DNA from: Burkholderiales bacterium
GTDB lineage: Bacteria; Pseudomonadota; Gammaproteobacteria; Burkholderiales; JAHFRG01
NCBI GenBank assembly: GCA_035624615.1
Contig: DASPRE010000066.1
Span: forward strand, 16,555 to 80,554
Direction: 5' to 3'
DNA length: 64,000 nucleotides
The translations under genes and the position numbers were made by a program. Position 1 is the stretch's first letter. Each line of letters begins with the position of its first letter. A model generated the notes under the pieces. The model made no database searches, was not told the DNA's origin, and worked only from the letters and a program-made list of their open reading frames with translations. Shown piece by piece: positions 25,014-35,112 of this stretch.

Positions 25014-25956
25014 TTTCCGCAAGCAACACTTCAAGACTCTCGGACTCGCATTTTTCCTGAACTAGTGGCAAGCGCTTCTGGCATTGATTTTTGAGAGCCT
25101 TGCAAAAATCAGGATCGGTCTCCAGCCGCTGGAGCAACGCGGCAAGTTGGCGTTCGTCTTCGACCGCGTAATAACCTTTATAACTTTCACCCAGCATTCC
25201 AATGTTGCCCGGAATTCGCGAGGCGATCACCGGCACATCTGCTGCAAGCGCTTCGGAAATGACGTTAGCACCACCCTCCATGCGCGAACTTATGACCATC
25301 GCGCGGCTGCGGGCGAGCCTCTTGAGCACCTTCCAATGCGGGATTTCACCTATCCAGCGGTAACGCGGCTCGCGCGCCATCCACTTCCGAGCCTCGTTAT
25401 CCATTTCAGCGTTCATTGCGCCACCGATGTGGCAAATTCGAATGCGCGAGTTTGGAGGCAGATAGGCTAAAGCCATCGCGCAGCGAAAAGGGTCTTTTTC
25501 CTCCCGCAAATGGCCAATTACAGAGATTTCAAAATGGTTTTTAATCGGTGCCGCGGGTTTAGTGGGTTTCGCAGATTGATAAACGACCCGCGCTTTATCC
25601 CGCATATCCGCTGAAAGTTCGTTCAGGCCCATTTCTTGCAGCACGATTATCCGTGATGCTAATTTCAGCGACTCTTGTGCCGATGCGTCGGTTTTTATGT
25701 CGCGGTACAAATCAGTGCCGGTCAGGCAGACAATCAAAGGCGCCCGAGGCAGGAGGGTGGCAAAGCGTTTAATTGAGGCGTGGCTCTTGCGTGCGTGCAA
25801 AGCGATCATCATGTCGGCCGGGTCGCCATCCCATTCCGTTTGAATCTTGACGTTATGACCGGAATGTTTCAGGAAACGGCCCCATCTTTGCGCGGTATTA
25901 AGATTGCCGCCGAGAGCCGGGGCCGCAGCAGGTGTAATGATGGCAATGTTCATCAA
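24970..25956 (-). CDS. GT-B fold glycosyltransferase (GT1 family), possible SenB-like enzyme
   Basis: 328 aa. The C-terminal half has a GT1-type sugar-nucleotide-binding region (SSRMEGGANVISEALAADVPVIAS). It is divergent from an EgtB-type gene only 54 nt away. Confidence 0.6.
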   Translation of the reverse strand: MMNIAIITPAAAPALGGNLNTAQRWGRFLKHSGHNVKIQTEWDGDPADMMIALHARKSHASIKRFATLLPRAPLIVCLTGTDLYRDIKTDASAQESLKLASRIIVLQEMGLNELSADMRDKARVVYQSAKPTKPAAPIKNHFEISVIGHLREEKDPFRCAMALAYLPPNSRIRICHIGGAMNAEMDNEARKWMAREPRYRWIGEIPHWKVLKRLARSRAMVISSRMEGGANVISEALAADVPVIASRIPGNIGMLGESYKGYYAVEDERQLAALLQRLETDPDFCKALKNQCQKRLPLVQEKCESESLEVLLAEIKRQWLGQGWLPRY

Positions 25957-26010
25957 GTAATAAACTTGCGATAATGATTGCAGCTATTTTTCAGATCGTC
26001 CCAGATTATA

Positions 26011-27315
26011 ATGAACGCGCCATTATCTCTTCGTGAGGCGGAACTCGGCAAGCAGTTGCGAGACGCTAGGGAACGCACGCTGGCTCTAGTCGGCGATCTC
26101 GACGGGACCCAATGGCTTGGGCCGAAGCTCGCCATTGTCAATCCGCCATTGTGGGAACTGGGACATGTAGGCTGGTTCCAGGAACGCTGGTGCCTGCGTC
26201 ATAACGGCTCAGCGGTGTTATCACCGTCCATCATGCCCCATGCCGACAAACTTTATGATTCGGCCACGGTTGCGCATGACACCCGGTGGGACCTGCCGTT
26301 GCCCAAGCTCGACCAGACGCTGGTTTATTTGGAGGAAGTATTGCAACGCGTTCTCGACAAATCCACGCGCGGCGACCAGAAATTGAATTATTTCGCGCAG
26401 CTCGCGCTGTTTCATGAGGACATGCACGGCGAGGCAATTTTCTACACCCGGCAAACTCTGGGTTACCCCAAGCCCAGACATGCCCGCATTCCCCAAATCG
26501 CAAGTGCAGGGGACGTTGACGCTAAAGATTTAGCAATACCTGGGGGCACTATGATGCTGGGTGCTGCACCCAACGATGGATTTGTATTTGACAATGAAAA
26601 ATGGGCCCATGAAGTCCAGGTTAAACCATTCTGCATTTCCAGCACCACTGTGAGCAACGGAGATTTCGCCCGATTTGTAGATGACGGGGGTTACCAGCGC
26701 CGCAAATTATGGTCGGAGCAGGGCTGGCAGTGGAAAGAAATGGCCCATGCCGAGGCTCCTGCGTACTGGGTAAAAGCCGACGGCGAATGGTTGTTGCGGC
26801 GTTTCGACAACTGGGTACCATTGCCTCGCAACAATGCGATGATTCACGTCAACTGGTTCGAGGCCGACGCCTATTGCCGCTGGGCCAAACGGCGTCTACC
26901 TACTGAGGCAGAATGGGAAATGGCGGCGGCAACGGCGTCCAATGATACTTTACTAAAGAGACGCTATCCCTGGGGAAACGATCCTCCCTCTGAGGAACGT
27001 GCCAACCTGGATGGCTTTATGGCCGGCAGCGCTCCCGTTGCGGGATTTCCTGAAGGCGATAGCGCATGGGGTTTAAGGCAGATGATGGGTAATGTATGGG
27101 AGTGGTCCGCGGATTGGTTTCTTCCCTACCCGGGATTCGTAGTGGACCCCTACGCGGAGTACTCCTTGCCATGGTTTGGGAATCATAAAGCGCTGCGCGG
27201 AGGATGTTTCGCCACGCGAGCGAGGCTGTTGCGAAATACCTGGCGCAACTTTTACACGCCAGACCGACGCGACGTGTTTGGCGGTTTTCGCACGTGCGCT
27301 ATCGAGCCCTCGTGA
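26011..27315 (+). CDS. EgtB/SenA-type non-heme-iron enzyme (DinB-like domain plus FGE-sulfatase/SUMF1 domain)
   Basis: The N-terminal DinB-like region carries His ligands (WELGHVGWF, FHEDMHGE). The C-terminal FGE-type domain shows HVNWFEADAYCRW, GNVWEWSADWF and RGGCFAT. The start was trimmed to ATG 26011. Confidence 0.75.
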   Translation: MNAPLSLREAELGKQLRDARERTLALVGDLDGTQWLGPKLAIVNPPLWELGHVGWFQERWCLRHNGSAVLSPSIMPHADKLYDSATVAHDTRWDLPLPKLDQTLVYLEEVLQRVLDKSTRGDQKLNYFAQLALFHEDMHGEAIFYTRQTLGYPKPRHARIPQIASAGDVDAKDLAIPGGTMMLGAAPNDGFVFDNEKWAHEVQVKPFCISSTTVSNGDFARFVDDGGYQRRKLWSEQGWQWKEMAHAEAPAYWVKADGEWLLRRFDNWVPLPRNNAMIHVNWFEADAYCRWAKRRLPTEAEWEMAAATASNDTLLKRRYPWGNDPPSEERANLDGFMAGSAPVAGFPEGDSAWGLRQMMGNVWEWSADWFLPYPGFVVDPYAEYSLPWFGNHKALRGGCFATRARLLRNTWRNFYTPDRRDVFGGFRTCAIEPS

Positions 27316-27322
27316 AGCACGC

Positions 27323-28108
27323 GTGAAGCACATTTCGTCGCGCGATAACGCGCAGTTCCGGTTGCTTTTGAAGCTCGCGCATTCATCAAGAGCAAGAAGA
27401 AAAACCGGCAAAGCCGTGCTTGACGGTCCTCATCTCGTTTCCGCTTACTGTTCAGCGTTCGGCGCGCCGGAAACCGTGGCGGTAAGCGCCAGCGGGATGA
27501 ATCACAATGAAATTCGCAGCTTGCTGCGGCGAATCCCCAAGCCCAATCTGTTCGAGCTACCCGACTCCCTTTTCAATGAAATTTCTCCAGTTATAACACC
27601 GACCGGGATTCTCGCCATCATCGACGTTCCAGTGTCACGAATGCGGCCGGAGAAATCCCGATTCGGAGTGCTGCTGGACGACATTCAAGATGCGGGAAAC
27701 TTGGGCTCGATACTGCGCTCAGCTGCGGCAGCAGGCGTAGATTGCGCTTTCCTTTCAAAAGGCTGTGCTTTTGCTTGGTCACCCAAAACACTGCGCGCCG
27801 CCATGGGGGCGCACTTCCGGCTGCCGATTATCGACGACGCCGATCTTCCGGCCGTGGCAAAGAATTTCAGAGGCAAAATCATTGCGACAGACTCGAACGC
27901 AAAAAAAACACTGTATCAAACCGATTGCCGCGGGCCGGTTGCCTTTGTCATTGGCAATGAAGGAGTGGGGGTGTCACCGATTTTGTTGAAATCTGCCCAT
28001 GAGCGCATCATGATACCGATGCCAGGAAAAGTGGAATCGTTGAACGCTGCTGCAGCCGCAGCAGTCTGCTTGTTTGAAAAAATCAGGCAGGAACAAAACT
28101 TTGACTGA
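27323..28108 (+). CDS. TrmH/SpoU-family RNA 2'-O-methyltransferase
   Basis: It has the SpoU motifs DAGNLGSILRSAAAAG, VIGNEGVGVS and IPMPGKVESLNAAAAAAVCLFE. A GTG start at 27323 is inferred. The longer ORF overlaps the upstream gene in another frame. Confidence 0.8.
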   Translation: MKHISSRDNAQFRLLLKLAHSSRARRKTGKAVLDGPHLVSAYCSAFGAPETVAVSASGMNHNEIRSLLRRIPKPNLFELPDSLFNEISPVITPTGILAIIDVPVSRMRPEKSRFGVLLDDIQDAGNLGSILRSAAAAGVDCAFLSKGCAFAWSPKTLRAAMGAHFRLPIIDDADLPAVAKNFRGKIIATDSNAKKTLYQTDCRGPVAFVIGNEGVGVSPILLKSAHERIMIPMPGKVESLNAAAAAAVCLFEKIRQEQNFD

Positions 28109-28114
28109 ATGAAG

Positions 28115-28939
28115 CTAATAGATGTGCCGTTCCAAGTTCGCTTTGTGCAAAATAGTGGTGGCGATTTCCTCGATCGATTTGGTCGTAGTATCGATGTAAT
28201 TAATGCCTTCCTGATGCATCAGCGCTTCCGCCTCCTTGACTTCAAACTGGCAGTTGGCAAGCGTGGCATAGCGGCTGCCCGGCTTGCGTTCGTTACGAAT
28301 GTGTTGAAGACGTTCCGGATTGATGGTCAGCCCGTAAAGCTTGTTGCGGAATGGCTTAAGCTGAGCGGGCACGGTCATTGAACTGAAATCCTCAGGCAAT
28401 AGGGGGTAATTGGCGGCACGCACGCCGAACAGCAGAGCCAGGTACAGGCAGGTGGGTGTCTTGCCACAGCGCGACACGCCAATCAAAATCACATCTGCTT
28501 GATTCAAGTCACGGGTAGAAACACCGTCATCGTGACCTAGTGCGTAGTTAACGGCTTCGATGCGGGCCTGGTAACCGTAGCTGTTACTGAAGCTGTGCGA
28601 ACGGCCGATAATATGCGAGGATTTAACTCCCAGTTCCTTTTCCAAAGGGTTGGTAAACACTTGGAAAAAATCCATAAAAAGGCCATTTGCACCTGCGACC
28701 ATCGCGCTGATTTCAGGATTTACCAGAGTGCTGAATACCAGCGGACAACTTCCTTCCGTGAGGCTCACTTGGTTGATCTGGTTTGCAACTTCGGCGGCTT
28801 TTTCTACTGTATCCACGAACGGTATCGTGATTTGTTTGAACTCGACCCCGTCAAACTGGGTAAGCAGGCTGTGCCCTAGCATCTCCACGGTGATGCCGGT
28901 GCGGTCGGAAATAAAAAAAGCCGTGCGTTTGTTGCGCAT
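28115..28939 (-). CDS. ppsR: PEP synthase regulatory protein (bifunctional kinase/pyrophosphorylase, DUF299)
   Basis: 274 aa. It shows FFISDRTGITVEMLGHSLLTQF and the P-loop GVSRCGKTPTCLYLA. Confidence 0.85.
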   Translation of the reverse strand: MRNKRTAFFISDRTGITVEMLGHSLLTQFDGVEFKQITIPFVDTVEKAAEVANQINQVSLTEGSCPLVFSTLVNPEISAMVAGANGLFMDFFQVFTNPLEKELGVKSSHIIGRSHSFSNSYGYQARIEAVNYALGHDDGVSTRDLNQADVILIGVSRCGKTPTCLYLALLFGVRAANYPLLPEDFSSMTVPAQLKPFRNKLYGLTINPERLQHIRNERKPGSRYATLANCQFEVKEAEALMHQEGINYIDTTTKSIEEIATTILHKANLERHIY

Positions 28940-29081
28940 GATTACGCCAGATATAAGACAGCGAAGAAATAAAATATACGATTTGCGCGCTTATTACAAT
29001 TTCGGGAAAAGATAAATAGCTCACGCGTGGCCACGGCAGGCGAATCGCGGCTGCATGTTGTCGAGGCTGCGGCAAAACTAA

Positions 29082-29522
29082 ATGCTTAACATCCGCTTTA
29101 AACCATCTAAAAACCTGGCTTTAATGCTTGCCGCAGCCCATGCCACCGCCATAGGGCTCATTTTGGTTCTGCCGCTGCCGGTATGGTTGAATCTGGTTGC
29201 TATAGTCGTATTTTGTATAAATTTTGCGTTTTACTTCAGGCGGAACGCGTGGCTTTCTGCGCCGGATTCAATAGTTGCATTGGAGATTAAGGAAGATTGT
29301 ACCTGCGCGGTGCAAACAAGTAGCGGAAAGCGCTTACCATGTATTGCGCTGCCCACAAGCTATGTATCTGCCTCGCTTACCATATTAAATCTCAAGGTCG
29401 GTGGCGAGCGTCTGGCAAGGCATTTGGTAATTCTGCCGGACGCGTTAAGTGCCGAAGATTTCCGCAAACTCCGCGTTTTGCTTCGCTGGAGATTCAAGGC
29501 CAAACCGCTTGGCGCTATATAG
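29082..29522 (+). CDS. YgfX/CptA-family small membrane protein
   Basis: 146 aa. It has two adjacent TM segments after a short N-terminus, and a C-terminal [19 protein letters not shown] that resembles the YgfX family tail. Confidence 0.5.
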   Translation: MLNIRFKPSKNLALMLAAAHATAIGLILVLPLPVWLNLVAIVVFCINFAFYFRRNAWLSAPDSIVALEIKEDCTCAVQTSSGKRLPCIALPTSYVSASLTILNLKVGGERLARHLVILPDALSAEDFRKLRVLLRWRFKAKPLGAI

Positions 29523-31122
29523 CTCGTAATGCTTGACCCATAACCTCGGTTTTCTGCTGCAGGACGGTATTGCGGCCTTCCGGGAGGAGGTCCGGGTAAT
29601 CGCGGCTGAAGTGCAGACCGCGGCTCTCATGACGCAGCAAGGCGCTTTGAACTATAAGATCAGCTGTCATCACTAGGTTGCGCAATTCCAGCAAATCGCC
29701 GCTTACCCGGAAATTGGCGTAATACTCGTCGATTTCTTCGTGTAATAAGCGGATGCGGCGTTGCGCCCTTTCCAGACGCTTGGTGGTGCGCACAATGCCG
29801 ACATAATCCCACATGAAACGGCGCAGTTCGTCCCAGTTATGGGAGATCACAATTTCCTCGTCGGCGTCCGTCACCCGGCTTTCGTCCCATTCAGGGAGGC
29901 TGACGTGCGATTTGCCTGGTTGCGCTAGGATATCCTGCGCCACGGCCTGGCCCAAAACCAGACATTCCAAAAGCGAATTACTGGCAAGCCGATTTGCGCC
30001 GTGCAAGCCGGTATAAGCAGTCTCTCCAATCGCATATAAGCCGGGTAAATCGGTCCGTCCACGGCGGTCGGCAACCACTCCGCCGCAGATATAATGTGCT
30101 GCAGGCACTACCGGAATCGGTTGGCGGGTCATGTCTATGCCCAGTTCTAGGCAGCGAGCGTGGATGGTCGGAAAATGCTCAATAATAAAATTCGCCGGCT
30201 TGTGCGAAATATCCAGATAGACACAATCCAGGCCTCGTTTTTTCATCTCAAAGTCGATGGCGCGTGCCACAACATCGCGTGGCGCAAGCTCTGCGCGGTG
30301 GTCATGCGCGGGCATGAAGCGAGTGCCATCAGGAAGGCGTAACATCCCACCTTCGCCCCGCACGGCCTCAGAAATGAGAAAAGACTTGGCATGCGGGTGG
30401 TAAAGGCAAGTAGGGTGGAATTGGATGAATTCCATATTGGCGATACGGCACCCCACGCGCCAAGCCATAGCGATGCCATCCCCTGTTGCAGTATCTGGAT
30501 TGGTGGTGTACAGATAAACTTTGCCTGCTCCGCCCGTCGCCAGAACAATGTGATCCGCAGCGATGGTTTTGACCTTGTCAGCACGACTATCCAGAACGTA
30601 GATACCGCAACAGCGATGGTCGGGTAGCCCGATTTTTCTACCACTAATGAGGTCCACCGCCATATAGTGCTCGAGCACCGTGATATTGGGATGAACCTTG
30701 ATTTTGGCCTCCAGAGTGGTTTGCACTGCGTGTCCCGTCGCATCTGCCGCATGAATCACTCTGCGGTGACTGTGCCCGCCTTCGCGGGTAAGGTGATACC
30801 CACTGTCGCTTTCCGCGTCAGTGGTGAACCGCACTCCTTGGTCAATCAGCCATTGCACGCTCTCTCGGCCCCGCTCAACAACGTAGCGGGTCAACGCCTC
30901 ATCGCACAAGCCGGCGCCAGCTGCCAAGGTATCCTGAATATGCTCCTCAATCGAGTCGTCATTACCCAGAACCGCGGCAATTCCGCCCTGCGCCCAATCG
31001 CTCGCCCCGGCAATCAAGTGTTTCTTGGTGACGAGGCCGATGTTTTTGCGGTCAGCGAGATTCAGTGCCGCTGTGAGGCCGGCAAGCCCGCTGCCAATGA
31101 TTACCACATCAAAGCGCTGCAA
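29515..31122 (-). CDS. nadB: L-aspartate oxidase
   Basis: 535 aa. It has the FAD fold [17 protein letters not shown], plus [14 protein letters not shown] and RGEGG. A TTG start is preceded by GAGGA. It is divergent from rpoE, as in E. coli. Confidence 0.95.
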   Translation of the reverse strand: MQRFDVVIIGSGLAGLTAALNLADRKNIGLVTKKHLIAGASDWAQGGIAAVLGNDDSIEEHIQDTLAAGAGLCDEALTRYVVERGRESVQWLIDQGVRFTTDAESDSGYHLTREGGHSHRRVIHAADATGHAVQTTLEAKIKVHPNITVLEHYMAVDLISGRKIGLPDHRCCGIYVLDSRADKVKTIAADHIVLATGGAGKVYLYTTNPDTATGDGIAMAWRVGCRIANMEFIQFHPTCLYHPHAKSFLISEAVRGEGGMLRLPDGTRFMPAHDHRAELAPRDVVARAIDFEMKKRGLDCVYLDISHKPANFIIEHFPTIHARCLELGIDMTRQPIPVVPAAHYICGGVVADRRGRTDLPGLYAIGETAYTGLHGANRLASNSLLECLVLGQAVAQDILAQPGKSHVSLPEWDESRVTDADEEIVISHNWDELRRFMWDYVGIVRTTKRLERAQRRIRLLHEEIDEYYANFRVSGDLLELRNLVMTADLIVQSALLRHESRGLHFSRDYPDLLPEGRNTVLQQKTEVMGQALRAI

Positions 31123-31215
31123 TTTCAGTCCTCGTTTAATCCGTAGTTAATAATATAGCAGACGTGGCATTAGAGGCGCAGCCATATCAAGCCGGAAATA
31201 ACCCTAGTCGGAAAT

Positions 31216-31243
31216 GAACTATTGAACAGTGATGCTGTCTTGA
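31216..31243 (+). promoter_or_regulatory. Candidate sigmaE/AlgU-type autoregulated promoter upstream of rpoE
   Basis: GAACTA (31216-31221), a 16-nt spacer, then TCTTGA (31238-31243). This compares with the ECF sigmaE consensus GAACTT-N16/17-TCTGA. It lies about 130 nt upstream of the rpoE ATG. Confidence 0.45.
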
Positions 31244-31374
31244 GTGCTATGTGTTGGTGTGCGCATTCTTAAGAGAAAGCTGAACTAGGGTATACTAGCC
31301 CGCTGCTCAAGAATTGCTGGTAGGCTACAGCGTTTGCAAGTATAACGAGCAGTATTAGGGAATGTACGCTGCAC

Positions 31375-31974
31375 ATGGGTGATCGTGAAATCGACCAGCA
31401 GCTGGTTGAACGCGCACAACACGGAGATAAACATGCCTTTGAGCTGCTGGTAATCAAATACCAGCGCAAACTTGGAAGGTTGTTATCTCGCTTCATACGT
31501 GATGCCGCAGAAATAGAGGATGTCACGCAGGAAGCATTTATAAAGGCGTACCGCGCTCTGCCGTCGTTCCGGGGCGATAGCGCGTTTTATACCTGGCTGT
31601 ATCGGATCGGTATCAATACAGCCAAGAACTACCTGGTGGCAATAGGGCGGCGAGCGCCTACCACGACAGAGTTCGATGTAGCAGATGCTGAAACATTTGA
31701 CGACGGAGAGCAACTGAAGGACGTGAATACACCCGAGAATGAATTAATGAGCAAGCAGATCGCCAAAACAGTGAATCAAACACTGCAGGACCTGCCTGGC
31801 GAGCTGAGAACGGCAATTACACTGCGTGAGATTGACGGTTTGAGTTATGAGGACATTGCAACGATAATGGGCTGCCCGATTGGCACCGTGCGTTCTAGGA
31901 TATTCCGGGCGCGCGAGGCAATAGCCGAGAAGCTTCGCCCCATGCTCGGCACCAGCAAAGACAAGAGGTGGTGA
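31375..31974 (+). CDS. rpoE: ECF RNA polymerase sigma factor RpoE (sigma-24/AlgU)
   Basis: It shows DQQLVERAQHGDKHAFELLVIKYQ, region 2 DVTQEAFIKAY and region 4 LSYEDIATIMGCPIGTVRSRIFRAR. Confidence 0.9.
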   Translation: MGDREIDQQLVERAQHGDKHAFELLVIKYQRKLGRLLSRFIRDAAEIEDVTQEAFIKAYRALPSFRGDSAFYTWLYRIGINTAKNYLVAIGRRAPTTTEFDVADAETFDDGEQLKDVNTPENELMSKQIAKTVNQTLQDLPGELRTAITLREIDGLSYEDIATIMGCPIGTVRSRIFRAREAIAEKLRPMLGTSKDKRW

Positions 31975-31976
31975 TT

Positions 31977-32495
31977 ATGAAACAAGATATATCAGCCCTT
32001 ATGGACGGCGAACTTGACCACAACGCTGCAAAATCGGTGCTCACCGAGCTCAAACGAAATAACGAGCTGCGTGACGCTTGGTTTGATTACCATCTGATTC
32101 GCGATGTAATCGGGCAGACCGGTATTATTTCATGCAATATCAGCGAACGTTTCGAACAGAAATTGGCCGGGGAACCGGTAATTTTCACTCCTCGAAGGCC
32201 GATGCTGATACAAACCAAGATTGCGGCATTCTCCGTTGCCGCTTCGGTGGCTGCAATTGCTATGGTTGTGTGGGTGGTACTGCAAAGCAGTGCCGACAAG
32301 GCGAAAGAAAACGTAGCAGCCACGCCGCAATCAAAAGCCGCAGCCATGCTCGCCAGCCTTCCTAGATATCCCTTCAACAGCACATTCCACGAATACTTGT
32401 TAGCCCACCAGGAATTTTCGCCCAGCACAACTATGCAGGGCGTTGCCCCTTATATACGTACAGTCTCAGACGGCGGCGAGGAAGCTAGCCGATGA
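31977..32495 (+). CDS. rseA: Anti-sigma-E factor RseA/MucA-like
   Basis: The N-terminal anti-sigma domain is ISALMDGELD...W..YHLIRD. It has a central TM segment (IAAFSVAASVAAIAMVVWVVL). It lies immediately after rpoE. Confidence 0.7.
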   Translation: MKQDISALMDGELDHNAAKSVLTELKRNNELRDAWFDYHLIRDVIGQTGIISCNISERFEQKLAGEPVIFTPRRPMLIQTKIAAFSVAASVAAIAMVVWVVLQSSADKAKENVAATPQSKAAAMLASLPRYPFNSTFHEYLLAHQEFSPSTTMQGVAPYIRTVSDGGEEASR

Positions 32496-33463
32496 GAATC
32501 CTGCTGCTTGGCCTGTTTCTCGTCTCGCCCGCAACCCTGTTGGCAGAAACCCCGGCGACCTCTACTGATGGAATTGCCTGGTTGCAGAAGATCGCAACCG
32601 CGGCACACCAGCTCAATTACAGCGGCACGTTCATATACCAGTACGGCAGCCACGTCGAAACCTCTCGAATTGTGCATGCGGTGGACAGTTCGGGTGAACA
32701 CGAGAAACTTGAAATCCTGAATGGCTTGCCGCGCGAAATTGTTCGCAATAATGACGAAGTGCAATGTTTTCTACCGAGTACCAAGACAGTAAAAGTGGAA
32801 AAACGAATTCAGAGGAAACCTTTTCCTGCGCTCCTTCCAGAAGAGCTGAATAGTCTTAATGAAAGTTATCTGATCAAACTGGGCGACCGAGAGCGGATCG
32901 CGGGGTTCGATTGTCAAACGTTGCTGCTTGAACCCAAGGATGGCTTGCGCTACGGACACCGGTTCTGGGCTGAGAGCAATTCCGGATTACTGCTCAAAGC
33001 CAGCATGCTGGACGAAAAAAATGAAGTTGTGGAGCAGATGGAATTTACTCAGCTAAATATTGGCGGACCGATAGATGAGGAAATGCTCAAACCGAAATAT
33101 CCGGTCAAAACCGCGGGATGGCATTATGATCTCTCCCAGCAGCCTGAACCAATTTCCACTGAAAGCGGGTGGGAAATCAGAAACCCGCTTGCGGGCTTCA
33201 AGAAGATTCTAGAAGCAAAGCGCATAATAAGCGGCAAATCCACCCCTATCTCACATATCGTTTACTCTGACGGACTCGCAGCGGTTTCGATATTCATTGA
33301 ACCGCTCGCTTCTGGAGACAAGCCTCGAAAAGGCGTGTCGAAGCGGGGCGCTCTTAATATTTATGCCAGACCCTTGGATGATTACCAGGTAACAGTGCTC
33401 GGTGAAGTACCGATGATGACGGTGATGGAATTAGGGAATTCAGTGTACTTTGCCGGTAAGTAA
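32492..33463 (+). CDS. rseB: Sigma-E regulatory protein RseB/MucB
   Basis: 323 aa with a signal peptide. There is an ATGA overlap with rseA. It occupies the position and has the size of MucB/RseB in the rpoE operon. Confidence 0.8.
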   Translation: MRILLLGLFLVSPATLLAETPATSTDGIAWLQKIATAAHQLNYSGTFIYQYGSHVETSRIVHAVDSSGEHEKLEILNGLPREIVRNNDEVQCFLPSTKTVKVEKRIQRKPFPALLPEELNSLNESYLIKLGDRERIAGFDCQTLLLEPKDGLRYGHRFWAESNSGLLLKASMLDEKNEVVEQMEFTQLNIGGPIDEEMLKPKYPVKTAGWHYDLSQQPEPISTESGWEIRNPLAGFKKILEAKRIISGKSTPISHIVYSDGLAAVSIFIEPLASGDKPRKGVSKRGALNIYARPLDDYQVTVLGEVPMMTVMELGNSVYFAGK

Positions 33464-33561
33464 AAGGCCAAAAAAAAGCGACTGTTTTTCTGTTCTAGAA
33501 TTACTCTATAATTCTCCCATTGCGGTGTTGCCGTTTTTGTACTGACGAAGGGTCTCGATCA

Positions 33562-34941
33562 ATGAAAAAGCTGTTGGTAACGTTTGCCTTTTCGATTTGG
33601 TTTATCGCGCCTGTTTTAGCCAAGGAATTGCCCGATTTCACCGAATTGGCGGAAAAACAGGGGCCATCCGTGGTCAATGTGAGCACCACTCAAACCGTAC
33701 AAGCCGAGCAGGGTATGCCACAGCTGCCTTTTTCCGAAGATGACCCGTTCTATGAATTCTTCAAACGCTTTGCGCCCCCCATGCCGCGCGAATTTGAATC
33801 GAAGTCCCTCGGTTCCGGCTTTATCATCAGTTCTGACGGTTATATCCTCACCAATGCGCATGTGGTGGCCGAGGCGGATGAGGTGACCGTCAAATTGACC
33901 GACAAACGTGAATTCAAGGCCAAGGTGATCGGCAGCGACCGCCGTACCGATGTCGCGCTACTCAAAATCGATGCGACCGGTTTGCCCAAAGTGACTATGG
34001 GTAACCCAGCGAAGCTCAAGGTGGGGGAATGGGTGGTTGCCATTGGTTCGCCATTCGGTTTCGAAAACAGCGTGACTGCCGGAATAGTTAGCGCGAAAGG
34101 TCGTTCGCTTCCCCAGGAAAGTTTTGTGCCCTTTATCCAGACCGACGTCGCCATCAACCCTGGGAACTCGGGCGGGCCATTGTTTAACCTGAAAGGCGAA
34201 GTCGTCGGGATCAACTCGCAGATTTACAGCCGTACCGGCGGTTTCATGGGCCTATCTTTCGCCATCCCCATCGATGTCGCAATGGACGTCACCGAGCAAT
34301 TGCGTACCTCCGGGAGAGTAAGCCGAGGGCGCATCGGCGTGGTGATTCAGGAAGTGACCAAGGAGCTTGCGGAGTCGTTCGGTCTGAGCAAACCGGTCGG
34401 AGCACTTATCAATTCCGTAGAAAAAGGGAGCCCCGCCGACAAAGCGGGACTCGAGCCCAGTGACGTCATACTCAAATTTGACGATAAGACGGTCGAAAGC
34501 TCGGCTGATCTGCCAAGGATTGTTGGCGCCACCAAGCCGGGATCTAAAGTAACGGTGGAGATATGGCGCAAAGGCGCGACCAAGGACGTGACGTTGACGG
34601 TTGGAGAACTCCCGGCTGATGAGAAAATGGCGCAGCGTCCCGGCAAACGCGGCAAAACGCTAGAGAGCCGCCTGGGAATGGCTTTGGCTGATTTGACGCC
34701 CGACCAGCGCAGCGAATTAGGAATCCGGGGTGGGATACTCGTTGAGGACGTACAGGGTGCTGCGGCGCGTGCCGGGATACGCCGCGGCGACGTAATTCTG
34801 GCGGTAAATAACCAGGATGTTAAGTCGGTTGATCAGTTCACCCAACTGCTCAATAAACTGGGGAAAGGGCGCGCTATTGCATTGCTCGTCCGAAGAGGCG
34901 ACAGTGCCTTGTACATTCCGCTACGCACCGATGGCAACTGA
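33562..34941 (+). CDS. degP: Periplasmic serine endoprotease DegP/MucD (Do family)
   Basis: It has a signal peptide and the catalytic triad context (TNAHVV, DVALLK, GNSGGPL). Two PDZ domains follow. Confidence 0.9.
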   Translation: MKKLLVTFAFSIWFIAPVLAKELPDFTELAEKQGPSVVNVSTTQTVQAEQGMPQLPFSEDDPFYEFFKRFAPPMPREFESKSLGSGFIISSDGYILTNAHVVAEADEVTVKLTDKREFKAKVIGSDRRTDVALLKIDATGLPKVTMGNPAKLKVGEWVVAIGSPFGFENSVTAGIVSAKGRSLPQESFVPFIQTDVAINPGNSGGPLFNLKGEVVGINSQIYSRTGGFMGLSFAIPIDVAMDVTEQLRTSGRVSRGRIGVVIQEVTKELAESFGLSKPVGALINSVEKGSPADKAGLEPSDVILKFDDKTVESSADLPRIVGATKPGSKVTVEIWRKGATKDVTLTVGELPADEKMAQRPGKRGKTLESRLGMALADLTPDQRSELGIRGGILVEDVQGAAARAGIRRGDVILAVNNQDVKSVDQFTQLLNKLGKGRAIALLVRRGDSALYIPLRTDGN

Positions 34942-35082
34942 AGACTGTTGCAAATAATTAGAAAGTAACAAGCAAGAAATATTGCCACTTTTGCGAGTAT
35001 ATGATTGTCGCGATGCTTGGGCTTCTGAGTTGATGCCCACACGGCCATCCCGAAATCAGCTAGAATTCAGTCCGCATAGGCT

Positions 35083-35107
35083 AAAGGGCACTGTAGTGCC
35101 CTTTTTT
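35083..35107 (+). terminator. Rho-independent terminator after degP, ending 5 nt before the lepA ATG
   Basis: The stem AAAGGGCAC (35083-35091) is followed by the loop TGTA, the stem GTGCCC (35096-35101) and T6 (35102-35107). Confidence 0.65.
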
Positions 35108-35112
35108 GATTT

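Noticed and set aside
29082-29522. The YgfX/CptA-like protein as the toxin of a CptA-CptB (YgfX-SdhE) toxin-antitoxin pair.
   Set aside because: No sdhE/ygfY-like partner gene is adjacent. The gene is flanked by ppsR and nadB, so a TA-system call is unsupported.
31282-31312. A second GAACTA...TCAAGA motif as another sigmaE promoter.
   Set aside because: The 19-nt spacer is outside the 16-17 nt range of the consensus. I kept only the 31216-31243 candidate.
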